Shown here: positions 8,957 through 17,402 of the stretch, piece after piece | Position numbering within the stretch: position 1 is the stretch's first letter | How the letters are laid out: each line of letters opens with the position of its first letter | NCBI RefSeq assembly: GCF_000025925.1 | Contig: NC_014033.1 | Location: 2,490,001-2,522,000 of the forward strand | Direction: 5' to 3' | Length of the DNA stretch: 32,000 bases | DNA from: Xylanibacter ruminicola 23 | Lineage (GTDB): Bacteria; Bacteroidota; Bacteroidia; Bacteroidales; Bacteroidaceae | Notes under the pieces: model-generated | Told to the model about the DNA's origin: nothing | What the model saw: only the letters and a program-made list of their open reading frames with translations | The model's database searches: none | Made by a program: the position numbers and the translations under genes

Positions 8957-10804
8957 TTACCAACCAGGATTTTGTGTGAGATTAGGATTACGCTCCAGTT
9001 CGCCCTGTGGCACAGCAAACAGTTTTACGTGCTCGCCAATATAGTTATTGGTGTAGCGTTTGGTACCCCAGATTTCGGTCATACCATTAGCACCATTCAG
9101 CTGTGAAGGATCGCTAACCAGTGCGCGGTTGGTGCCCAACTTACGATCGAGCCATGTATCCCAACGCAGCTGCTTCCAGTAGAGCTGGCCCTCGCCACAA
9201 AGCTCCCAGCCATACTCGTTACGGATACGCTCACGCATGTTGTCCTGACCAGTTACCTTGGTGTACTCGTTGCTATTAAGCAGAGCCAATCCAGGAATAC
9301 GGGCACGAACCATATTGATGTATTTCACGGCCTCATCGGTCTTTCCCTGCTCGTTCAGAGCCTCAGCCAAAGAGATGAGTGCACCGGCATAACGGAAGAT
9401 AGGTGTATCGATATCACTGTTCAAGCCGTTCTTGGTTTCACGACCCTCGGGCACAAACTTACGCCACAGGTAGTAGAAGCGGTCGTTGGTATCGGTACGC
9501 AGGTCGTAAGGAGCAGCATTATCCGATCCAATGTAAGGCCAACGCAGGGTATAATCCCAGCAGTCGGCAGTTGAACCACCTTTATAAGTAGAGTACGGGG
9601 TGATGAAGTTCATCAGCATACGGGGGTCGCGGTTCTGATAGATAGCCAGAATGCGGGCCTCGTTACCATCCTTATCGTACTGACTCATGTCGGCACCGTA
9701 GGTTACCATCTGCTGGTAGCCGGCCTTCAGCTTATCGCTGGCAGCATTTGGATCAAGACCATCACGCAGGAAGTAAACCGAACGGGCCTTAGGATCCATC
9801 TTTGAGTAACCAGGGAACACCTCGTCCATATTGAATGGCTTACCATCGGCATACTCGTAAGAATCTACAAAGTAAGGATTAGGAATCAGGTTGTTCCAGC
9901 AACCAAAACCATCGGCGGTATAAGTATTACGGTTACCATGTGTACGACCTAACAGCGAGCCCATACCCTCCTCGTCGGTGTACTGATACTGGAAGATATA
10001 CTCATCGTTGCGCTCATTGGCAGCCTTGAACATATTCTTATAGTCGGGGAACAACTGGAAGCCCATGGTGGTGATGGCAGTGAAATCGGCAGCTGCCTTA
10101 TCCCAGTCCTTCAGCCACATGTAAACCTGACCACGCAGATAGTAAGCACAAGCCTTGGTTACACGACCGTAGTTCTTATCAGAGGTGGCGTACTTATTTG
10201 GCAGACTGGGCTCGTTGATAGCCTCAGAGCAATCCTTGATAATCTGCTGCCATACCTCATCGGCAGTGTTACGGGGCTTGGTGTCCTCGCCATACTCTAC
10301 AGGTTCGGTGTAGATGGGCACACCACGCCACAGCACGTTGGCACGATAGTAAGCCCAGGCACGCAGGAACTTACACTCGGCAATATCACGGGCACGCTCG
10401 CTGGCCGCCATGGCCTCGCATCTATCCAGATTATTAATCACGTTGCTGGTACGATAAATCTCCTCATACAAGCGCTTCCACCAGTCGTTGAATCCCCAGT
10501 AACCGGCATTACAACGGCCACGGGCCCAATCGTAACCACCCCAGTTAGCATCCAGGTCGCAAACATCGGTAGCAGCATCAAAGTTCTGCCAGTCGGGGCA
10601 TTCGCCCTGCTGCTCCCAGTAGAAACGTTCGTAGGCACCATTCACCACGGCATCAGCCATGTTATAGGTACTCCATACCAAGTCGGTACCTACACGGTCG
10701 GAAGGTTGAGTATCCAGGAAATCGGCATTACAAGCCGTGAGTGCGATACTCGATGCAGCCAAGATAAGACTGCGACACATATTATTAATTATTTTCTTTT
10801 CCAT
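8957..10804 (-). CDS. SusD/RagB-family nutrient-binding outer-membrane lipoprotein
   Basis: Lipobox ALTAC; 615 aa; Trp/Tyr-rich helical protein located 22 nt downstream of the SusC-like gene. Confidence 0.9.
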   Translation of the reverse strand: MEKKIINNMCRSLILAASSIALTACNADFLDTQPSDRVGTDLVWSTYNMADAVVNGAYERFYWEQQGECPDWQNFDAATDVCDLDANWGGYDWARGRCNAGYWGFNDWWKRLYEEIYRTSNVINNLDRCEAMAASERARDIAECKFLRAWAYYRANVLWRGVPIYTEPVEYGEDTKPRNTADEVWQQIIKDCSEAINEPSLPNKYATSDKNYGRVTKACAYYLRGQVYMWLKDWDKAAADFTAITTMGFQLFPDYKNMFKAANERNDEYIFQYQYTDEEGMGSLLGRTHGNRNTYTADGFGCWNNLIPNPYFVDSYEYADGKPFNMDEVFPGYSKMDPKARSVYFLRDGLDPNAASDKLKAGYQQMVTYGADMSQYDKDGNEARILAIYQNRDPRMLMNFITPYSTYKGGSTADCWDYTLRWPYIGSDNAAPYDLRTDTNDRFYYLWRKFVPEGRETKNGLNSDIDTPIFRYAGALISLAEALNEQGKTDEAVKYINMVRARIPGLALLNSNEYTKVTGQDNMRERIRNEYGWELCGEGQLYWKQLRWDTWLDRKLGTNRALVSDPSQLNGANGMTEIWGTKRYTNNYIGEHVKLFAVPQGELERNPNLTQNPGW

Positions 10805-10826
10805 ATTGGTTATTCATTGTTGATGG

Positions 10827-13800
10827 TTAAAATGTTACATTCAGTCCGAATGAGAGCTGTCGCATGGTAGCATAACCCTCACCAGAGCGCATCTCAGGAT
10901 CAAGTCCGGGGAAGCTGGTGATAGTCCACAGGTTCTCGCCCGAGAAGTAAACACGCAGGTTCTCGGCATAGATCTTTCTGCTGATGCTCTTTGGCAATGT
11001 GTAACCGATAGTAAGGTTACGCAGCTTCAGGTAATCGCAGCTATAGAGATGGAATGTATTGTCGAGGGCATCACTCATACTTGGATTCTCGAGCGACATA
11101 CGTGGATTCTTCGAAGTAATGTTGGTACGAGGATCGTTGGGGTTATTGGGATCATAGAAGTAGTGATCGTCGGCAATCCACTGTGGGATGCTCAAACCAA
11201 ATACCACGTTTGATGAGTTCTGACCAATCTCACGCCAGTAGGTTGAGAAACCTGTGGCTCCACCCCAGTTCATCGAGAGGTCGATACCCTTCCACTCTGC
11301 ATGCATCTGCATACCGAAGGTAAACTTAGGAACGTTCGACTCGCCCATGAACTGTTGGTCGTGACTGCCACCATAAACCTTATCGCCATTGGTATCGGCA
11401 TAGATATACTCACCATACCAGATAGCATTCTGGGTAACAGCGTGCTGTGGCTCAAACGAGTAGCCGGCAGCAATCATATCCTGTACCCACTTCAGGTCTT
11501 CGGGCGTACGGATCATACCATCGCGTGGACCACCATTGGGGTTAACCACACCGTTGGCATCGTAATAGGTTCCGTTACCGCTATAGATAGGATATACATA
11601 GAACTCGTTCATCATGTGGCCCTCAACCAGGCGCTGGGTACCACCCGATGAAACCTCACCAAGGTTAGAGTAGTACACGTTAGGATCGGGATTGTTAGGA
11701 TCGGCACCCCATCCCTGAATGATGCCACCCTTATAGTCGGTTACCTTGTTCTTGTTGAACGAGCCGTTAACAGCCACACCATAGGTTACATCGCCAATCT
11801 TATCCTCCCAACGGAAGGTCATCTCCAAACCGCGGTTGCTAACACCAGCCAGATTCTGCAATGGAGCCACCTTATCACCGAAGATCAGTCCGATAGACGG
11901 ACGGTAGAGGATACCAGAGGTCTGCTTGTCGTAGTAGTCGATAACACCCGACAGACGACCACCGAGGGTACTGAAGTCGAGACCCAGGTTGAAGGTCTTG
12001 GTAGTCTCCCAAGTTACGTTCATGTTAGGCAGGTTCTTCAGGTAGAAACGAGGCACCTTCTTGCCACCCATGGTGGTGTAACCTGTTTCGTACCACGACT
12101 GATAAGCATAGTTATCAACCGATGAGTTACCCAGCTTACCATAAGAGGCGCGCAGCTTCAGGTTATCGAATACGCTGAGGAATGAGTTCTTGGCAAAAGC
12201 CTCCTCGCTGATACGCCAGCCTGCCGATGCAGAGGGGAAGAAGCCCCAACGGTTATCGGGTGAGAAACGCGACGAGCCATCATAACGGAAGTTAGCCTCT
12301 AACAGGTAACGTGAATCGTAGGCATAGTTCAAACGACCGAACCAAGAACGATAGGTATAACCGGTAAAGTTACCACGTGTGTACTCCTCCGATGTCAGGG
12401 TATTCAGGTCGGTCAGTGTGGCATCAATCATACCCATCTTCTTCACATCGGTATTACCATCGCTGTTCTTACCTTCCTCGAAACCTACCAACGCACCTAC
12501 ATCGTGCTTCTGGGCAAAGGTGTGGGCCCAGTTCAGGGTATTGGTAATCTTCCAGTTATAGTAGTGGTGATAGTACATATAGCTTGAGAGGGCCTCGAGT
12601 GCAGCAGGCGATGCCACCACCTCGTTACGACTGAAGCTATAGCTCTCGTTCTGTCCGTCGGTGTACTTATGACGGGCATTGTAGTAGTCGTAACCAAAGG
12701 TTGACTTGAAGGTAAAATCCTTCAGGAACTTCACCTGAGCATAGGCGGTACTGTAAGCGTGGGTAGTCTTATAGTAACTGTCGCCATCGCCATTCAACAG
12801 TTGCATGGGGTTGTGGGCAGCACCATCCTCAACCGATGTCTCGATACCACCAAACTTACCATCGTAATAAGGATAGATACCAGGCACGGTCTTCAGGAAC
12901 TCCCAGCTCGATAGGGCATCCACGTTGTTACGGTCGCGATCGCTGTGTGTACCCCATACCTGAGCACCCAGCTGTAACCAGTTAGTTACATCCGAAATCA
13001 GCTTCAGGTTGATAGAGTACTTCTGCTCGCCCGAACGAACAATCATACCAGGGTTATCGAGATAGGTTAATCCAAGGTTATAACGTGTGCGGGTGTCCTT
13101 ACCCGACAAAGAGATAGCGTGCTCCTGCATTACCTTGGTCTGGTAAATTTCATCATACCAGTCGGTATTAGGATAAGCCACGTAGTTGGGATAGCCCGAC
13201 TCGGCAATGCCATTAGGATTAGCCTCAGCCTGACGCCACTGGTCAATCACGCTTTGTGGATATTTTCCGGCTGTACCGATATTCTCGCTGGCCTCGTTCA
13301 CCATCTCCATATAGTCGGCATAATTCGACATAAAGCGAACCAGCTTTGACGGTTTGTTAATCGACAACCTTCCGGTATAGGTTACATTCACCTTACCCTC
13401 GGTACCACTCTTGGTTGTAACCAGGATAACGCCGTTAGCACCACGGTTACCATAGATGGCACACGATGCAGCATCCTTCAGGATCGAGATACTCTCGATA
13501 TCCATGGGGTTCACATCCGAGAGACTCATCTCCATACCATCTACCAATACCAGCGGACTGGCATCGTTCATGGTTCCCACACCACGGATGTTTACCGAGA
13601 AGTTCTCGGCGCCGGGCTTACCTGAGCCCTGCAGGATATCAAGACCGGCAGCCATGCCCTGCAATGCCTGGGCCACAGTGGTAACAGGACGCGAGTTGGC
13701 TTCCTTCTCAAGGTTTACCGATACCACCGAACCTGTCAGGTTCACCTTTTTCTGGGTACCGTAACCCACTACTACTATCTCGTTCAGTTCGTTGCGGTCT

Positions 13801-14141
13801 TCCTTCATGGTTACTACCATGTTATCGGTTGCACGAGCAGTCACATCTACGTAACCGATATAGGTAAACACCACTTGTGCATCGCTCTTACTGAGCTGCA
13901 GTTTAAAACGTCCGTCCATATCGGTAACAGCGGCATTCTGCGTGCCCTGTTCCTTAACGGTAACGCCAATCAGGGGTTCACCCTGTGCATCAACCACCGT
14001 ACCAGTAACAGTACGTTGCTGCTGAGTGGCTGCTACAGTACTGGAATGAACCGATAAGGCCAGATTTCGTTCGGCTAAAGCTGGCGAAGCTGCCATCAGC
14101 ATAGCTGCGCCTACCAACGAGGTAATTAATCTTTTTTCCAT
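10827..14141 (-). CDS. SusC/RagA-family TonB-dependent outer-membrane transporter
   Basis: 1104 aa with a signal peptide. Carboxypeptidase-regulatory-like N-domain (TVTGTVVDAQGEPLIGVTV), plug region (IVVVGYGTQKK), and a beta-barrel ending in LNVTF. Confidence 0.95.
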   Translation of the reverse strand: MEKRLITSLVGAAMLMAASPALAERNLALSVHSSTVAATQQQRTVTGTVVDAQGEPLIGVTVKEQGTQNAAVTDMDGRFKLQLSKSDAQVVFTYIGYVDVTARATDNMVVTMKEDRNELNEIVVVGYGTQKKVNLTGSVVSVNLEKEANSRPVTTVAQALQGMAAGLDILQGSGKPGAENFSVNIRGVGTMNDASPLVLVDGMEMSLSDVNPMDIESISILKDAASCAIYGNRGANGVILVTTKSGTEGKVNVTYTGRLSINKPSKLVRFMSNYADYMEMVNEASENIGTAGKYPQSVIDQWRQAEANPNGIAESGYPNYVAYPNTDWYDEIYQTKVMQEHAISLSGKDTRTRYNLGLTYLDNPGMIVRSGEQKYSINLKLISDVTNWLQLGAQVWGTHSDRDRNNVDALSSWEFLKTVPGIYPYYDGKFGGIETSVEDGAAHNPMQLLNGDGDSYYKTTHAYSTAYAQVKFLKDFTFKSTFGYDYYNARHKYTDGQNESYSFSRNEVVASPAALEALSSYMYYHHYYNWKITNTLNWAHTFAQKHDVGALVGFEEGKNSDGNTDVKKMGMIDATLTDLNTLTSEEYTRGNFTGYTYRSWFGRLNYAYDSRYLLEANFRYDGSSRFSPDNRWGFFPSASAGWRISEEAFAKNSFLSVFDNLKLRASYGKLGNSSVDNYAYQSWYETGYTTMGGKKVPRFYLKNLPNMNVTWETTKTFNLGLDFSTLGGRLSGVIDYYDKQTSGILYRPSIGLIFGDKVAPLQNLAGVSNRGLEMTFRWEDKIGDVTYGVAVNGSFNKNKVTDYKGGIIQGWGADPNNPDPNVYYSNLGEVSSGGTQRLVEGHMMNEFYVYPIYSGNGTYYDANGVVNPNGGPRDGMIRTPEDLKWVQDMIAAGYSFEPQHAVTQNAIWYGEYIYADTNGDKVYGGSHDQQFMGESNVPKFTFGMQMHAEWKGIDLSMNWGGATGFSTYWREIGQNSSNVVFGLSIPQWIADDHYFYDPNNPNDPRTNITSKNPRMSLENPSMSDALDNTFHLYSCDYLKLRNLTIGYTLPKSISRKIYAENLRVYFSGENLWTITSFPGLDPEMRSGEGYATMRQLSFGLNVTF

Positions 14142-14171
14142 TTCTTGATGTTTAGGTTTAATTGTTTTTGT

Positions 14172-16181
14172 TTATTTCTTCAGAAAATCATCTGTTCGTG
14201 TTGGTGAATACATTTCCCAGAGCGAGGCGATAGTCCAGCCTGGTGCAAAGAGGTTATTATAGAATCCCTTACCATTCATACCATAATCCCAAGTGGTGTG
14301 CTGTACTACCTCGGGATAGAATCCGGGTACTGAGATACCACAAAGGCGCTCGGGTGTAGGCATCAGCTGTGAGAGCGAGTTAAAGATCACATCGTGCATC
14401 TGCAGGAAACGCTGGTTACCCTTCTGCTGGCCCAACCACTTTACAATGTGTGGCAACTCGAATACAAACACATCAATATGGTTGTTCTCTACCGATACGT
14501 TACTCCAGCCACGGGTCTTCAAACCTAAGTCGCCCAGCATCTGACCCTGTGCAAAGGGTACATCCCACATGTAATACCACGACAAGGCAAAGTAAGCAGC
14601 CTTTTCACACAGGTCGATATAACGCTGGCGCTCCTTACCCTTGGTTACAGCTGCCAGGTAATAGGTAGCAGTAACAGCAGCAATGGCAGCCTCTTTATCC
14701 TCGCAGTTAGCATCGAGGGTTGATGAGAAGTAATCGCTCTTTGAGATGATATTCTGCTCCAGATAGTCAACAGTGCGACGGGCAGCCTCCAGGTACTGTT
14801 TCTTACCGAAGTAGCGGTAACCCATCACCAAGGCTGAGGTAGACGATGGTGTGCTACCACCAGTGCCATCCACGTCGGTACCATTGTCGTGATACTTACG
14901 GGCAAAGCTGCCATCGGCCTTCTGCAGTTTCAGGAATCCATCCAGGATACCCTTTATACGTGCCTCCCACTGGGGATGACGACGACCGTGTGCCTTCTCG
15001 TACTTGAGATATAACAGAATGGCATAAACACCCTCTGACTGCTGACGGATAGAATGTACTACCTTATCATCGCTTGGGAAACCACGTGTAAAGTTCACGT
15101 TATCGTAGAAGTAACCTGCACTGGTAAGACCATGCTGCAGATAGCTCTCCAGAATCTCATTACCCATGGTTACGAGATCCTGCTCGCCATGCTGTTCGCC
15201 GTACTCGATAGCATTGAAGGCATTCAGCAGCACACGACCACAGAAACCTACCTGTGCCTCGGGGAAAGGCTTACAATCGCTGGTAAGCAAGGTGTGACCC
15301 GAGTTGTACTTCAAGGGATAGTTGCTTACATACGATTGACGGAAATAGTTAGTCAGTCCCTTCTTCATCTCCTCAGGCGTAAAGAGTGGCTTCAATGCCT
15401 GTGGCTTCAGGTTATCGAAGCAGCGCTGCCACATCAGTGTTACGTGCTCGCCAAAGTCCTTGGCCTCGGTCTCACTGATGCGCCACTGGATAGTCTTGGT
15501 CTCACCCTTCTCGATCTTAGCGAAAGCAAATACCGGAGCTGCCAGGGTGAGCTTACGAATATAGCGCTTAGGGGTCTCGATATAAGGATAGCCGAAGGTA
15601 AGTTTAGCCTCCTGCTGTTCGCAATCCAGACCTAAATAACCCAAAGAAGTCTCACCACTCAGAATGATTTCACCCTGCTGATGTGTGGTCAGGCACTCCT
15701 TGGGGCTATCGAGCAGTCGGATCACAGATACCGATTTACCATTAGCCTCATCATAGACACTCGTCATGGGCGACGACAGACGATCCTCGCGGAAGTTCCA
15801 ACTCTTTGAAGTGTGGAAAGCCGGCGCCTGCTTGGGCGAGCGCAGGTTGCGATGATACCAGAAGCCTGGCAGATAGAACTCACTATCGGCCGACTTGATG
15901 CCTGTGGCAAGCTGCGCACCGAAGTTGTAATACGTAGTGGCATCGGCCTTGATGGTAACGGTATAAACCTGATCGTTGCCATCGTTTGCCAACTGCGCAC
16001 TGATGTGCAAAGGCAATGCCTTACCATCGGCAGGCTTTAGCTGATTGCCATCAGCCTGCAGTTGGATAACTTTTGCCTCGTTGCCTGGCTGCTTGATACT
16101 AATCTGCGTTTGGATGTTGATAGCAGAAGCATTCATCGATAAAGCAGCAAAGACTGTTAATAAAAAAGTTTTGTTGAACAT
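14172..16181 (-). CDS. Secreted PUL protein of unknown function; beta-rich N-terminal half plus a probable (alpha/alpha)6-barrel C-terminal half
   Basis: Signal peptide MFNKTFLLTVFAALSMNASA. A QW-like helical-hairpin motif, LDGFLKLQKADGSFARKY, occurs in the C-terminal half. The gene sits in the operon 30 nt upstream of susC and 33 nt downstream of GH43. I recognise no family signature. Confidence 0.75.
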   Translation of the reverse strand: MFNKTFLLTVFAALSMNASAINIQTQISIKQPGNEAKVIQLQADGNQLKPADGKALPLHISAQLANDGNDQVYTVTIKADATTYYNFGAQLATGIKSADSEFYLPGFWYHRNLRSPKQAPAFHTSKSWNFREDRLSSPMTSVYDEANGKSVSVIRLLDSPKECLTTHQQGEIILSGETSLGYLGLDCEQQEAKLTFGYPYIETPKRYIRKLTLAAPVFAFAKIEKGETKTIQWRISETEAKDFGEHVTLMWQRCFDNLKPQALKPLFTPEEMKKGLTNYFRQSYVSNYPLKYNSGHTLLTSDCKPFPEAQVGFCGRVLLNAFNAIEYGEQHGEQDLVTMGNEILESYLQHGLTSAGYFYDNVNFTRGFPSDDKVVHSIRQQSEGVYAILLYLKYEKAHGRRHPQWEARIKGILDGFLKLQKADGSFARKYHDNGTDVDGTGGSTPSSTSALVMGYRYFGKKQYLEAARRTVDYLEQNIISKSDYFSSTLDANCEDKEAAIAAVTATYYLAAVTKGKERQRYIDLCEKAAYFALSWYYMWDVPFAQGQMLGDLGLKTRGWSNVSVENNHIDVFVFELPHIVKWLGQQKGNQRFLQMHDVIFNSLSQLMPTPERLCGISVPGFYPEVVQHTTWDYGMNGKGFYNNLFAPGWTIASLWEMYSPTRTDDFLKK

Positions 16182-16214
16182 ATAATAAAAGTTTTTGTTG
16201 GTTGCTTGCGTGGG

Positions 16215-17222
16215 TTACTCTTTATATAAGTAATGGAACGTGCCATTGGTAACAGCAAAACCTTGACTGGTCTGTGATAATCCTACAACGGCTGTTTTTC
16301 GGGGACTCACCTCGGTAAAGCTGTTATGGGTATGGAACACGTAGTTCCACTGGCCCTGGGCATCCTTAAATATATCACCATGACCGGTGCCGTAATAGCC
16401 TATGTTGGCACGATTGATAACCGACTGCGATGATTTGGTCCAAGGACCGAAAGGCGACGAGGCTGTAGCCACACCAACGGCATAGTCGATATTACGGAAA
16501 TCGTTAGCCGAGTAGAACATATAATAGGTATCGCCAAGATGCAGTACAGTAGGACCCTCGGTTACTCCCCAACTGGCCTGTGCCGTATTCTCCCACTGCT
16601 CCGAGGCATGGATACACTCCTGGGCTGTTTCTTCCTTAATGCCCATCAGGTCGTCGGTCATCTCGGCCACAAAGATACGGTTGCCATCCTGCAATCGCAC
16701 ATGATACAGATAAACCTTACCGTCGGTATCAAACAGCACAAAAGGATCGATCGCTTTTCCTGGGGTAGCAATGCACTTTTTCTCCTGCTGGGTAAAAGGT
16801 CCTTTGGGCGAGGTGGCTATTGCTACGGCAATCTGCTCGTTGGCTGTGTAGAACATATAATAGGTATCGCCACGTTTCACTACCTGTGGTGCCCAGAAAC
16901 CTGTAGTACCATACGAGGTAGCCCCCGTTAAGCAGAACCCATTGGTATTACCAACCGGTCCCTGCCAGGTTTTCATATCGGCAGAACGGTATACATAGAA
17001 ACCAGTATCCGAGTTGCTACGTGTACCATATAAATAATAGGTGCCATCGGTATCCACAAAAATGGTGGGGTCGGCTTCAGTCAGCACTTCCTGTTGGGGT
17101 ACAGATGGTTTCTCGGGCACAGGTGCTACTGCGCTACCCGTGTCGTTCGAACTACATGATGGTAAAACAGTAAGTACTGCCATCAGAGTCATCGATAATC
17201 TTAAATTGGCTTTCTTATACAT
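16215..17222 (-). CDS. Glycoside hydrolase family 43 lipoprotein (first gene of the PUL operon)
   Basis: Lipobox VLPSC. GH43 motifs: EADPTIFVDTDGTYYLYGT, AIDPFVLFDTDG, VTEGPTV. Confidence 0.85.
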   Translation of the reverse strand: MYKKANLRLSMTLMAVLTVLPSCSSNDTGSAVAPVPEKPSVPQQEVLTEADPTIFVDTDGTYYLYGTRSNSDTGFYVYRSADMKTWQGPVGNTNGFCLTGATSYGTTGFWAPQVVKRGDTYYMFYTANEQIAVAIATSPKGPFTQQEKKCIATPGKAIDPFVLFDTDGKVYLYHVRLQDGNRIFVAEMTDDLMGIKEETAQECIHASEQWENTAQASWGVTEGPTVLHLGDTYYMFYSANDFRNIDYAVGVATASSPFGPWTKSSQSVINRANIGYYGTGHGDIFKDAQGQWNYVFHTHNSFTEVSPRKTAVVGLSQTSQGFAVTNGTFHYLYKE

Positions 17223-17259
17223 TTAGTTACAATTGGGTTGGTAATAAAGATTTCGGCGG

Positions 17260-17267
17260 CAAAAGTA
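17260..17267 (-). promoter_or_regulatory. -7 promoter motif candidate for the PUL operon
   Basis: CAAAAGTA on the + strand equals TACTTTTG on the - strand, 38 nt upstream of ATG 17222. An identical second copy lies at 17322-17329. Confidence 0.4.
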
Positions 17268-17286
17268 ATAAAAAGGATTATTAGGC

Positions 17287-17318
17287 ACGGGTAATATTGT
17301 TCTGAAAACGGGTAATAT
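17287..17318. promoter_or_regulatory. Direct repeat ACGGGTAATAT x2 (21-bp period); candidate operator in the divergent HTCS/PUL promoter
   Basis: Exact 11-mers at 17287-17297 and 17308-17318, immediately upstream (on the - strand) of the 17260 promoter motif. Confidence 0.35.
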
Positions 17319-17373
17319 CGTCAAAAGTACAGAATTACTGCACAAAAATAGGGTTAAAATCAGAATTAATCGC

Positions 17374-17381
17374 TAAATTTG
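17374..17381 (+). promoter_or_regulatory. -7 promoter motif for the HTCS gene
   Basis: TAAATTTG lies 22 nt upstream of ATG 17403. Confidence 0.5.
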
Positions 17382-17402
17382 CACACAGATAAAAACGAAG
17401 CA

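Noticed and set aside
8956-9018. N-terminal extension of the GH43 ORF (MLCHRANWSV...) overlapping the 3' end of the SusD gene.
   Set aside because: The internal ATG at 8953-8955 gives a canonical Lys-rich lipoprotein signal peptide and starts 1 nt after the SusD stop. The extension has no signal-peptide character.
16845-16865. The second GH43 reads FWAPQV where many GH43 enzymes have an acidic residue after WAP, raising the possibility of an inactive enzyme.
   Set aside because: The three catalytic positions I can place are all present: DP near the N-terminus, IDPF, and EGP. The WAP-x residue is not one of them.
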